From contig CATQHZ020000001.1 of assembly GCA_958296135.2 (NCBI GenBank), positions 2,848,001-2,912,000 of the forward strand: a stretch of DNA of 64,000 bases, in the 5' to 3' direction. The notes beneath the pieces were generated by a model, which was given only the letters and a program-made list of their open reading frames with translations, searched no databases and was not told the origin of the DNA. Origin of the DNA: an uncultured Poribacteria bacterium. GTDB taxonomy: Bacteria; Poribacteria; WGA-4E; WGA-3G. A program made the position numbers and the translations under genes. Below are positions 1 to 8,498 of this stretch, in pieces (within the stretch, counting starts at the first letter, position 1; each line of letters begins with the position of its first letter).

Positions 1-111
1 CGCGCGATATAACCGTGCCGCTTGCTCTGGCGAGAGTTGCGGAATGAGCCGCGTTTTGACCTGGTTCGGCATCGGATTCTTCGCGAAGATAATCAGACAC
101 GTTTCTGTCAT
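1..111 (-). CDS. TIGR04282/DUF2064 family glycosyltransferase-like protein, N-terminal part (runs off the window)
   Basis: Manual translation from ATG at 111 gives MTETCLIIFAKNPMPNQVKTRLIPQLSPEQAARLYRA, matching the family motif IFAKxPxxxxVKTRL. Not in the ORF track. Confidence 0.8.
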   Translation of the reverse strand, partial: MTETCLIIFAKNPMPNQVKTRLIPQLSPEQAARLYRA

Positions 112-122
112 GGGAATTGTTT

Positions 123-377
123 TCAGGATGTCTGCCGGAGTGCTGCGCGCAAACGTGAAAGTAAACCGCCACCGTGCTTTTGAGGTGGGCTCTCTGGTTT
201 TTGACAAACTTCAATGTAGAAATCCACCATTCCTTCAAAAGCGGTGCGCAGTTCCTCGGCGGTATCCCCATCAAAACTGACAATATCATCAATATCAACG
301 ACGCGGCCGACGAAGCAGCTGTCTTCCTCGCTATAGCGGATTTCGGCGGTGTAGCCTCTATGCGTCATTGTCTTCAT
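123..377 (-). CDS. hicB: HicB-family antitoxin (probable start at ATG 368)
   Basis: MTHRGYTAEIRYSEEDSCFVGRVVDIDDIVSFDGDTAEELRTAFEGMVDFY is a typical HicB N-domain. Confidence 0.75.
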   Translation of the reverse strand: MKTMTHRGYTAEIRYSEEDSCFVGRVVDIDDIVSFDGDTAEELRTAFEGMVDFYIEVCQKPESPPQKHGGGLLSRLRAALRQTS

Positions 378-556
378 GGTGTGTGCAGACCTGCCTCGTA
401 TTCGTCAGATAAATTTAGGGCGGTGCCGTTGTAAACCCGCGAAGAAATGACAATGGCGGGCCGCCGGTTTTGAATCTCATTCCCACTTTGGGGACTAAAG
501 TCAATCCAAACGACATCACCTATATCGGGAACATATTCCGACACCGATTTGTTCTC

Positions 557-916
557 CTATCCTACTTCGTTGCCGACTGCCGGCCCTGTGTCTACCTCAC
601 CGTGCGCGTGTTCCTCGGTGATTTCGGCCACGAGTTCCTCGAGTTTCAGACGAGGGAGTTTCACCGTGCGGCGAGTTTTTTCGCAACGATGCGGCACACC
701 GTTGGGATCCTTAACATCCCCACCGTGCGAGTTTTTCTCAGGCATCTGGCCCACGAGTTCCTCGAGTTTCAGACGAGGGAGTTTCACCGTGCGGCGAGTT
801 TTTTCGCAACGATGCGGCACACCGTTGGGATCCTTAACAAGCGAATTGTGCGCTATCTTCGAGAGATCTGCCAACTTCGCCAACGCTTTCTCGGATTTTG
901 TCGTTTTTGCCGCCAT
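557..916 (-). CDS. Hypothetical protein with an internal 41-aa tandem duplication
   Basis: Strong SD (AGGAGG) upstream of ATG 916 and an extended -10 (TGGTATAAT) near 969-977. VKDPNGVPHRCEKTRRTVKLPRLKLEELV occurs twice. Confidence 0.6.
   Translation of the reverse strand: MAAKTTKSEKALAKLADLSKIAHNSLVKDPNGVPHRCEKTRRTVKLPRLKLEELVGQMPEKNSHGGDVKDPNGVPHRCEKTRRTVKLPRLKLEELVAEITEEHAHGEVDTGPAVGNEVG
598..839. repeat. Tandem duplication, period 123 bp
   Basis: 628-716 is repeated identically at 751-839. Confidence 0.95.
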
Positions 917-1011
917 GTCCTATTTTCCTCCTGAACGAAACACAAAACGTCGATTGTCCTTAAGTGCTAATTATACCACGTCAACTCGGAAGATAGCAAA
1001 TTAAAAACAGG

Positions 1012-2040
1012 CTACCGGTCTTCAATCAGTTCGCGAACCGGTGGATTCTCTGGTTCTGCTGGCGGCCGCTGACTGAACCACCACGCCAACACCATCGCGA
1101 GGCACGCAAGGAGAATCGCGCTGAATGCCATCGGGATGCCTTTTACCTGCCCCTCACTCGCATCGATCTGGGATTTGGCAATAATTGCAGATACCCCGCT
1201 CACCAGCGAAAGCCCGAGGATAACTGTCCACGGCATCTGGAAAAGCGCGGCGAATAGGGCAATAACTGCAACAGAGAGACTCAGTTTGGCAAGCGCGTTG
1301 TAGCGTGTCGCGTTAGGCGCGGTTTGACTCTCCGCAGTGTTGTCGTGTCTATATGGTATTGGAACCGGCGCGCCTTCCTGATACGTCATCTCAATGAGGC
1401 GAATGAATTCCGCCAGCGACTTTCCTTGTTGAATCCACTCAAACAGCACCGGATATTCGTGCCGGAGGAGGATAACAAACTCTTGACGTTGCGCGCTAAA
1501 ATCGGTGAACTCCTCCCACTCGTCTTCGGGCACGGTGATGAACGGTTCGGGCCCGACGCGAATTTCGTATCCTTGTTCAGGCACATAGACGACACTACCG
1601 ATGCCCTCGCGTTCCGCAAGCGTTACCTCTGCGGAATCTGTAGACACTGCCGCTTGATTTTCCGCTGTCTCAACAGCGGCGAGATCGCGTTGTTTGAGTG
1701 CTTCTGCTGCTTCCTCGTGCATATTCGCCATTTCGTTATCTGTGATGGCAACGCCAATGCGGCTTACCAACTCCATAGCGGCTACCTGATGTTGCTGTTC
1801 AACTAAAAGTGCGGTTCGGCGTTCGGAGCGCACTTTGAGCGGGCGGCATCGGATCTGTTGCGCCTCCAACGTCGTTTGAACGAGTTTCGCCTCCCACTCG
1901 TCATCGGTGCAATGGATCTCCACCCAATCTGAAGGTTGAGACATTTCCGAGCCGACGAGTTGAGAAGCCTGGTCTAGTTTGCCGCTGCCGATTTTTATTT
2001 CGTCGTACGGCGGTGTGGTAACCTTTTTTTTTGCATCCAT
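1012..2040 (-). CDS. Hypothetical membrane protein (DUF2007-like N-terminus, C-terminal TM helices)
   Basis: EWEAKLVQTTLEAQQIRC resembles DUF2007; about 3 hydrophobic helices at the C-terminus; directly downstream of queE. Confidence 0.65.
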   Translation of the reverse strand: MDAKKKVTTPPYDEIKIGSGKLDQASQLVGSEMSQPSDWVEIHCTDDEWEAKLVQTTLEAQQIRCRPLKVRSERRTALLVEQQHQVAAMELVSRIGVAITDNEMANMHEEAAEALKQRDLAAVETAENQAAVSTDSAEVTLAEREGIGSVVYVPEQGYEIRVGPEPFITVPEDEWEEFTDFSAQRQEFVILLRHEYPVLFEWIQQGKSLAEFIRLIEMTYQEGAPVPIPYRHDNTAESQTAPNATRYNALAKLSLSVAVIALFAALFQMPWTVILGLSLVSGVSAIIAKSQIDASEGQVKGIPMAFSAILLACLAMVLAWWFSQRPPAEPENPPVRELIEDR

Positions 2041-2042
2041 CG

Positions 2043-2723
2043 TTATACCCCGCGTTTGTCGCCCCAGATATCCACATGCACGCGAGGCGAATAGCGATAC
2101 CCGTTTGCTTTACAGAGTTCAACCAGCCATTCCTGTTTCTGCTGGAGCATCTGCGGCGTTATCCCTTGAGGCATCAGCATAATTGTCTCGGCAGGAATAC
2201 CGATGTCCGCCTGCAACGCTTGAATCTCCGCCAAGTCGTCAGGTGTATCTACGACAAACTTGACTTGGCACGGGTACGCGTCCAAAAACTTTCGGATAAC
2301 GTCAGGCTGAATGCGTTCGCGTTCGTGCCGTTTCAAAAAGCGATTGTCCGCCGGTGGATTGGAGTTGCGCAGTTTCGGGCTCATCGAAATGAGATGCGCG
2401 GCAACCTCGGCGAAAACCGTGGCGTTCGTCTCAATCGTGATGTGATGTCCCCGTTTAGCCAACTTGTCACAGAGGGCTCTCAACTCTTCTGTCTGAATAA
2501 ACGGTTCACCGCCAGTGATGACGACGTGTTTGCAGCCATATTGCGCGATCGCCGCGACACTCTCTGCTACGGTGATGTCCTTGTTTTCAGGCTTCCACGA
2601 GGTGTAAGGGGTGTCGCACCAAACACAGCGCAGATTGCAGTAGCTGGTCCGAAAAAAAACAGAGGGAACACCGATAAGCTGCCCTTCACCTTGGATTGTG
2701 TGGAACAGTTCGCTAAATTTCAT
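2043..2723 (-). CDS. queE: 7-carboxy-7-deazaguanine synthase QueE (radical SAM)
   Basis: ELFHTIQGEG, CNLRCVWCDT, VITGGEP, IETN and C-terminal PRVHVDIWG motifs. Confidence 0.92.
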   Translation of the reverse strand: MKFSELFHTIQGEGQLIGVPSVFFRTSYCNLRCVWCDTPYTSWKPENKDITVAESVAAIAQYGCKHVVITGGEPFIQTEELRALCDKLAKRGHHITIETNATVFAEVAAHLISMSPKLRNSNPPADNRFLKRHERERIQPDVIRKFLDAYPCQVKFVVDTPDDLAEIQALQADIGIPAETIMLMPQGITPQMLQQKQEWLVELCKANGYRYSPRVHVDIWGDKRGV

Positions 2724-2788
2724 GGTTCAGTCCAACGCTGGATTGTAGTGTTCCCGGCGTTTTCGGCGCACGGCGAGGAACAGTGGCC

Positions 2789-2815
2789 ATCTCTGCAGCG
2801 AGGCTGCAGAGATGC
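2789..2815. repeat. Palindrome CATCTCTGCAGC-GAG-GCTGCAGAGATG
   Basis: Perfect inverted repeat; related copies at ~4951 (inside a CDS) and ~47591. Confidence 0.7.
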
Positions 2816-2920
2816 CAGCGTTACAGGTAAGGTAGTTTGCTTTTGCGCGCCTACCGTAGGCACGTTTGCTGTAGACGTGGCCGTGACTGCCCTCGCCCTA
2901 CAAGACGATGGAGAAGACGG

Positions 2921-3292
2921 CTAGGCCTCAATAAGCTCGATTTGGACGTTATCGGGGCCCTTGAAAAACGCCATCATCAGGCCGGAGGGTTTCAGATCTT
3001 CGAGTTCTGCCCCTTTTGCCTGCAGTTCGGCGACGGCTGCATCCAGGTCTTCAACGGTAAAGGCGAGTTGGTAGACACCCCAGCGCGGATTGCCGCTGGT
3101 GGCTTCTATCTCCATGTCGCCGAGTTTGGGGGAGAGGAAAATCCGTTCCCCACCGATGTCCATCCGGATAATTTTCAAGCCCCGCACCTCAACGGTTTCG
3201 GTGACTTTTCCATCAAACATCTCTTGATAATACTGAACGGCCCCTCCCAGGTCTTCGCACCGGAGGTGGACGTGATGAAACGTGTATGCCAT
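2921..3292 (-). CDS. VOC/glyoxalase family protein
   Basis: FHHVHLRCEDL, LAFTVEDLDAA and FFKGPDNVQIELIE motifs. Confidence 0.9.
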   Translation of the reverse strand: MAYTFHHVHLRCEDLGGAVQYYQEMFDGKVTETVEVRGLKIIRMDIGGERIFLSPKLGDMEIEATSGNPRWGVYQLAFTVEDLDAAVAELQAKGAELEDLKPSGLMMAFFKGPDNVQIELIEA

Positions 3293-3497
3293 AGTGAAAT
3301 CTCCTATAAACGTTGCACCCCTAAACGGGTTTTAAAGGAATAGAACTTTTCTTTCTGTTTTCCGCGCCTCAATGGTGCGCGCGGTTTTTGTCAGATTACA
3401 CCCATTTTCGCATAACGTCACTATTTTTTCAAGTTAATTTTTTCTTAGGTAGACGCGTGCGAGGGACAGGCCCTCGCCCTATGGGCATCCGGTACTT

Positions 3498-3526
3498 TTG
3501 ACATTTCAAACGCTATATGGTATCAT
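3498..3526 (+). promoter_or_regulatory. Sigma70-type promoter
   Basis: TTGACA-17 bp-TATCAT with an extended TG. Confidence 0.7.
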
Positions 3527-3555
3527 CATTTCTGTTGAATGGAGGAACAAACCTG

Positions 3556-5607
3556 ATGTCATTACACAAATGGACAACACTTCAACCTGCACAGATTCGC
3601 CGACTTGCATCCGAACTTGCAAGGCGAGAGATGCCCGTGATTGTGCCCCTGGAGCCTATCGCTGATTTTGAAGAGCTCCTCACGTTTGCGGAAGCGCGCC
3701 CTACGCCAATTGCATTCGCACCACAGGAACCTGCTTGGAGACCGGAATCGGTGGCGGCGCGCGTGCAGGAGGCAATTGCTATTGCCGCCCATGAACCGCT
3801 CAGCGATGACAACTGGGGGCCGCTGGCGCGTATCCTTTTGGAGCACGCCGAATACTTGTATACCTATCCTGATGCTGCTACCGCGCGAGAAAAACTAGCC
3901 GCTGGCACCGCATTGGCATTGGCTAGCTGTGTGTGCCACTCCATGCCGCAAGCGGATTTGTGGCGGCTCGCTGGGTTCGGACGCATTGCCAACTCCCTTG
4001 CCGAAGCCGCGCAGGCGGCCGCCGACACGCATCTGATTGCGCCGTTGGATCTCGCCTTTTCGTTCGCATACGAACTGAATCTGCAGATTTTAGAACCTGC
4101 GCTCTCTGTCTATAACGTTGTGAGAGAATCGCGGCCGTTTATGCCAAAGAACCCTCTCACATTTCCCTTAACGACCCGAGATTTCTTTCGCCAACTCAAT
4201 TTGGATTTTCCGGGGATGGAACAAGTTAAATCTGCTGTTTTGGCTGGCAATCTCGTCGATGCAAAGGCAGCTTACACGGAATTTCGGCAGCAATTCTTAT
4301 CGGCATTTCAGGGCTGGCGAGGGACAGGCCCTCGCCCTACGGGTGAAGAAGTAATTGACGTAGACATGATGCTGGAAAGATCGGATACGGCCAGCACTGC
4401 CACATCCTATTTAGCGTCCCTGCTTCAGTTGTCCATTCACCCGGCACCAGCGATTTCGGGAACTACGGAGATAGGCATCGCGGCACTGCTCTTCCCCGAA
4501 TTCCGCGGCAGTGAGCAGCTGCTCGCGCTTGCGTTACGCCGCTATCAGTGGATAACCGATGCCTTCTTCTATCCCGATGGATTTCACAGAGACCGGACGC
4601 TGCGCGCCCAAGTTGACGCAATCGCCGACTTCGCCAGATTCCTGCGCTGTCAACGCGAACACCAGACTACGGAATTACGTCCCTTCCTTGAAAAACTGAT
4701 AGAAGCGTGCCTCGCTTTGAGCCATCCAGATCTCTCTTTTCCCGAACTCGGTGCGGGGCCCGCTCCCAATTTCCGCGCTGATGAACTGTGCGAGATTGGC
4801 GACATCGGTATCAGACGACAGACGACATCACACGCGCTCCCTGACACCGGCTACTACGTGATGCGAAACGGTGGGGGGCTTGATGAACAGTATCTGCTTT
4901 TCGATGCTGCGCAGTTGGAAATTCGTTCCCTTTTCGCGCGCGGGAGACAACTCTGCAGCGAGGCGGCAGAGATGACAAAGTTTCGGCGTAACGGCCCTCA
5001 CCCTACGGGTTCAGAAACGAGTTCCCCCCAACGCGAGGCTGCCGATACCCGATGGATAACATCTCCTACCTTCGATTTTGTGGAGAGTTGGCACAAAGGG
5101 CGCGACGTTCATCACAAACGCTCCATTTTCTATGTGAAAGGCGACTATTTTATCGTGCACGATTTATTTATCGGTGATGGGGAGCATGCAGTGGAACCGG
5201 CTTTTCGTCTTGCCGCACAGCAGCACACACACCTTTTCATTAGCACAGTCGGTGATACTGATAAATTACCCGCTGTCATGAACACGCTTTTGTTTCCGAT
5301 GAGACCGGAAGTCGGAGAACATCCGACTATTTCCTCTATCGTTGTTGACACTGCCGCTGATGTGCTGGCAACCGGCTTCACGGTGGAGGCGAATGGCGTA
5401 ACAGACACGTTTCTCATTTCCGATGACGGTTTCGCGGAAATGTCTACAGCGGATATTGAGTTTGTCGGAGAATATCTCTTTTTACGCGGTGAGCAGTTCG
5501 TGATGCTCAACGCGCGGTTCCTCAAAGTAGCGGATAACATCCTCGCCGATTTTGGTGAACCGCGCGAAAGTTATATACGGATGAACCGCGCCACGGATGG
5601 ACATTAG
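3556..5607 (+). CDS. Heparinase II/III-like protein (divergent)
   Basis: FFYPDGFH, SHALPDTGYYVMR, RWITSPTFDFVE and HKRSIFYVKGDYFIVHD motifs. Start moved to ATG 3556, after the GGAGG SD and downstream of the promoter. Confidence 0.7.
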   Translation: MSLHKWTTLQPAQIRRLASELARREMPVIVPLEPIADFEELLTFAEARPTPIAFAPQEPAWRPESVAARVQEAIAIAAHEPLSDDNWGPLARILLEHAEYLYTYPDAATAREKLAAGTALALASCVCHSMPQADLWRLAGFGRIANSLAEAAQAAADTHLIAPLDLAFSFAYELNLQILEPALSVYNVVRESRPFMPKNPLTFPLTTRDFFRQLNLDFPGMEQVKSAVLAGNLVDAKAAYTEFRQQFLSAFQGWRGTGPRPTGEEVIDVDMMLERSDTASTATSYLASLLQLSIHPAPAISGTTEIGIAALLFPEFRGSEQLLALALRRYQWITDAFFYPDGFHRDRTLRAQVDAIADFARFLRCQREHQTTELRPFLEKLIEACLALSHPDLSFPELGAGPAPNFRADELCEIGDIGIRRQTTSHALPDTGYYVMRNGGGLDEQYLLFDAAQLEIRSLFARGRQLCSEAAEMTKFRRNGPHPTGSETSSPQREAADTRWITSPTFDFVESWHKGRDVHHKRSIFYVKGDYFIVHDLFIGDGEHAVEPAFRLAAQQHTHLFISTVGDTDKLPAVMNTLLFPMRPEVGEHPTISSIVVDTAADVLATGFTVEANGVTDTFLISDDGFAEMSTADIEFVGEYLFLRGEQFVMLNARFLKVADNILADFGEPRESYIRMNRATDGH

Positions 5608-5760
5608 GGCACCCTTCTCAACCAAGCAAATGCGCCTGAGTCAGGTATTGTTCTGGTATAGCACCTTCACGTGGCAAATAGATTGCGACGTTGATGCCTA
5701 ATCCGTGTAAGTAACGGCACATCAACGGTCCGACATCCTTCCACATGTCAACTCTTTTTT

Positions 5761-5850
5761 TTGACTAGTGGGAACTCGTTCCCACCACTGCCCATTAGCG
5801 TTTTCTACATACCCCGCCTGAAGACAGGGGTTTTGAAAACGGGGAGCTTG
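5761..5850 (-). mobile_element. Candidate ~90-bp non-autonomous IS200/IS605-type remnant (PATE-like)
   Basis: On the minus strand: TTTAT|CAAGCTCCCC..., an imperfect hairpin ACCCCTGTCTTCAGGCGGGGT, a second hairpin GTGGGAACGAGTTCCCAC, then an end in TAGTCAA. Confidence 0.4.
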
Positions 5851-5856
5851 ATAAAA

Positions 5857-5885
5857 AGGATACCATATCCCAGATTAATTGTCAA
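5857..5885 (-). promoter_or_regulatory. Sigma70-type promoter pointing into an ORF-free region
   Basis: TTGACA (5885-5880)-17 bp-TATCCT (5862-5857) with an extended TG. Confidence 0.6.
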
Positions 5886-5897
5886 ACGGCTCCGCGG

Positions 5898-6575
5898 TCA
5901 TTCCGGTGGATTGCAAGTAGCGCAAGGGGCGTGCTCTTGCTTTGCGACTTCCAGCGGAATTCCGACCTTCTTTTTAGTCCTTTTTATGAATATGCAATTC
6001 GCACGATGATACTTCGCTCCTGAAGGGGTCACGTAGACCAGGGTATCATCAGCCGCTGGAATTCCCTGACGAGTCGGGGTCCACAACCCTTTTTCCGCTG
6101 CCCGTGCGCGGCCTTCGTAATGCTCAAACAATGCAAGATGCTTGAACGGAGCAAGTGTGTTCACCTGCGCGTAGCCTTGGCGGATACCCTCCAGATTCAC
6201 AAACAGCCGATCCGGTGCCCGGTAAAGATACGCTTGCAAATCTCCGGCCGTGTCAGGTGTGTCTGTCTCAAATTCGAGATAGACAGACTCCCCAAGCAAG
6301 AGGTTGTGCAGGAACGCCGCCGCCTTTTCTCGCGCCACTTCAACCGGGTTATCAGGATGCATCACCTCTGGCATCTTCACGCCGATGAGTTTGACACGCG
6401 TGGGAGTGCCTTCGTAGTGGAGTTCCACCGTGGCGGCATCGATGCCTTTGAGCACCGGGTAAGTAGTTTCGTCGGCGAACTCTACATCAGGATAGGGGAG
6501 TAGCCCGTTGTCGCTGTAGTCAACGGGTACGAATCCGAAGACGAGTAGTAGTGCTAAGAATATTTTTAATTTCAT
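5898..6575 (-). CDS. Secreted thermonuclease (SNase-like) with a C-terminal Ada-type metal-binding motif, copy 1
   Basis: Signal peptide MKLKIFLALLLVFGF; RVKLIGV, LQAYLY and FVNLEGIRQGYA motifs; C-terminal YHRANC...PCATCNP. Confidence 0.85.
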   Translation of the reverse strand: MKLKIFLALLLVFGFVPVDYSDNGLLPYPDVEFADETTYPVLKGIDAATVELHYEGTPTRVKLIGVKMPEVMHPDNPVEVAREKAAAFLHNLLLGESVYLEFETDTPDTAGDLQAYLYRAPDRLFVNLEGIRQGYAQVNTLAPFKHLALFEHYEGRARAAEKGLWTPTRQGIPAADDTLVYVTPSGAKYHRANCIFIKRTKKKVGIPLEVAKQEHAPCATCNPPE

Positions 6576-6588
6576 GGATAAATCCTCC
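6294..6588. repeat. Left copy of a ~295-bp near-identical direct repeat (5' part of the thermonuclease gene)
   Basis: Matches 10408-10702 with only a few substitutions. Confidence 0.9.
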
Positions 6589-6645
6589 ATGCGAGGCAGA
6601 AGGGCAAATTTCCGGATTCGCCCGTTTAATTAATGCTCCGCCTTA

Positions 6646-7455
6646 TTATCCCCAATAATTTAAGTGGCCGTATTTCTCCGTGAATTCCTGATAATCTCGC
6701 AGGTTTCTCATGTGGGAATGCCCAGGTTGCTCGGCATGGCAACGAATGCAGAGCGCAATCAAATCCTCAGGGTTGTTATACCCCGTTCCTCTGATATGGT
6801 GGGCGTGGAGAAAACGCCTTTGAGGTCTAAGTCTTAGATCTATACGGCATTTCTCACATTGCCAATTGGCTCTTTCACGACACTGCAGTGAGCGCAAATG
6901 CCAATCTGGCGGATAATTTGATGGAGAACCTGTGATTGGGGTAGTTATGGGGCCGTAAAGTCCATCAATCGGAGGTGGCTCATAACCAGGGTCGATGGCA
7001 TTAAACCAGTCAACTAAAGGAAAAGCATCTACGGTGTAGCGATACTTCATGTTCAGTTCTAGCCACAAGCAGTTTTTACAGATGTGCAATCTATGTGTCT
7101 TTGGCTCAGCACGCTGAAGGTTATCGGAGAAATTGAGTAGGAATTCCCCATCTGTTCGCCTCGTTACAACATAGCGTTTGTATCTACCCGCGCTTCGCAT
7201 CATCTTGAGGGTGCGACAATCTACGACGTGGTATTTCGGCAGACCACCTTTCATGTCTCGTATATAGAGAACAACTTTTCGCCCCTTGTATTCGAGGGTT
7301 CCGTTGGAAGCAACTTCGACTTCATCGCCTCCCACGATTTTGCCCTTTTCCAGGTCTCGATCAAGTTTCGGATCTGAGACGGCAAAAGGACGGAACGGAA
7401 CGCCCATTTGCCGAAGTAGATCATCCAAGTTTGGAAACTCAGTTGGTAACTTCAA
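6646..7455 (-). CDS. zorE: Zorya type II effector ZorE-like HNH endonuclease
   Basis: C-terminal CEKC...LHAHH...NNPEDLIALCIRCHAEQPGH HNH domain; 4-bp overlap with zorB. Confidence 0.8.
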   Translation of the reverse strand: MKLPTEFPNLDDLLRQMGVPFRPFAVSDPKLDRDLEKGKIVGGDEVEVASNGTLEYKGRKVVLYIRDMKGGLPKYHVVDCRTLKMMRSAGRYKRYVVTRRTDGEFLLNFSDNLQRAEPKTHRLHICKNCLWLELNMKYRYTVDAFPLVDWFNAIDPGYEPPPIDGLYGPITTPITGSPSNYPPDWHLRSLQCRERANWQCEKCRIDLRLRPQRRFLHAHHIRGTGYNNPEDLIALCIRCHAEQPGHSHMRNLRDYQEFTEKYGHLNYWG

Positions 7456-8471
7456 TTCTCCACTCCCGAGTCATTGAATCGTTTCATAAGTTGTTCAATC
7501 TCCTCAATGAGTTTTTCAGATTTTGTGACAACCCGAAACTCAACACGACGAGATTCCGTTTTGTTTTCCATCAGAAGGCCGACAGCCCTTTCCAGAGCCT
7601 CTTGTTTAAAATTAGAAAACGTTTGAATAGCCCTAACCCTATTGACAATGTCCAACTGGGTAGGTTTTTCGCTGCTCTGCCAATCCCGCATTTCGCGACG
7701 AATCTGCGAATGCAATTGTTCGACTTCCAACTCAGGAATTCCAGTTTCCTTTGCCACAGCGTCATAAGAATTGGCTGGAAGTAAACGAGTTCTATCCAAA
7801 TCCAAAACGAGTTGGCTAGAAGAGAGCCCATTGGCTGTCAAATTTTTCTTGAGCCATTCCTTGTTTGGGGTTACCGCAGGACGTGCGATTCGTAGAACGT
7901 AGTGGAGCACGTTCCTCGCCCGGTCCTGCGATAACTCCATATTGTTAATATAAGCTTCATTGCCCGTGACTTTGACGAACCATTCGCTGGACGTGTGGCC
8001 TTCAATACGAATTTCCGAAATTTCGTTCCGGTAGTCGTCTTTCGTTAAAATTGCAACATACCGCGGGAAGAAATCGCGTAAGACACTCTTGAACGCGTTC
8101 GGAACGGTGGCCTCCCCTTGTTTAAATGGCTTTTTAAAACGGATAGATAGGGTTTCTATGTCCAAGTAACCCCTCCACTCTGTCCTAAACTGCCTCTTTT
8201 TGGTGGGACTACCCTCAAATTCCTCCTGCAAATCGTCTGATAGTTGTGCCTGCAAATTTTTGTAAGCACCAAGCAGGTCTTTAATCTTCATCTGAAGACC
8301 CTGAATCCTATTCGATTCACGCTCAGCATTTGCTCTGTGACGGTTGGCATTCACCATGTAACTGATGGCGATGAAAAGAAATATCACCATTAGCCCGGCC
8401 ATCACATCGGATATGGAAACCCAATGTTCTTCGGTGTCGTGTTCCTGCGTTCCCAACCAATTCCCCAACAT
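7452..8471 (-). CDS. zorB: Zorya ZorB (MotB/OmpA-like)
   Basis: WVSISDVMAGLMVIFLFIAI TM segment with the conserved Asp; IRIEGHTSSEW, NMELSQDRA and SRRVEFRV motifs. Confidence 0.9.
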   Translation of the reverse strand: MLGNWLGTQEHDTEEHWVSISDVMAGLMVIFLFIAISYMVNANRHRANAERESNRIQGLQMKIKDLLGAYKNLQAQLSDDLQEEFEGSPTKKRQFRTEWRGYLDIETLSIRFKKPFKQGEATVPNAFKSVLRDFFPRYVAILTKDDYRNEISEIRIEGHTSSEWFVKVTGNEAYINNMELSQDRARNVLHYVLRIARPAVTPNKEWLKKNLTANGLSSSQLVLDLDRTRLLPANSYDAVAKETGIPELEVEQLHSQIRREMRDWQSSEKPTQLDIVNRVRAIQTFSNFKQEALERAVGLLMENKTESRRVEFRVVTKSEKLIEEIEQLMKRFNDSGVEN

Positions 8472-8498
8472 ATCTTACCCCTCTCAGATCTGTTAACG

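Noticed and set aside
2043-2723. Dpd/7-deazaguanine DNA-modification defence system
   Set aside because: No dpdA, queC or queD nearby; housekeeping queuosine synthesis is more likely.
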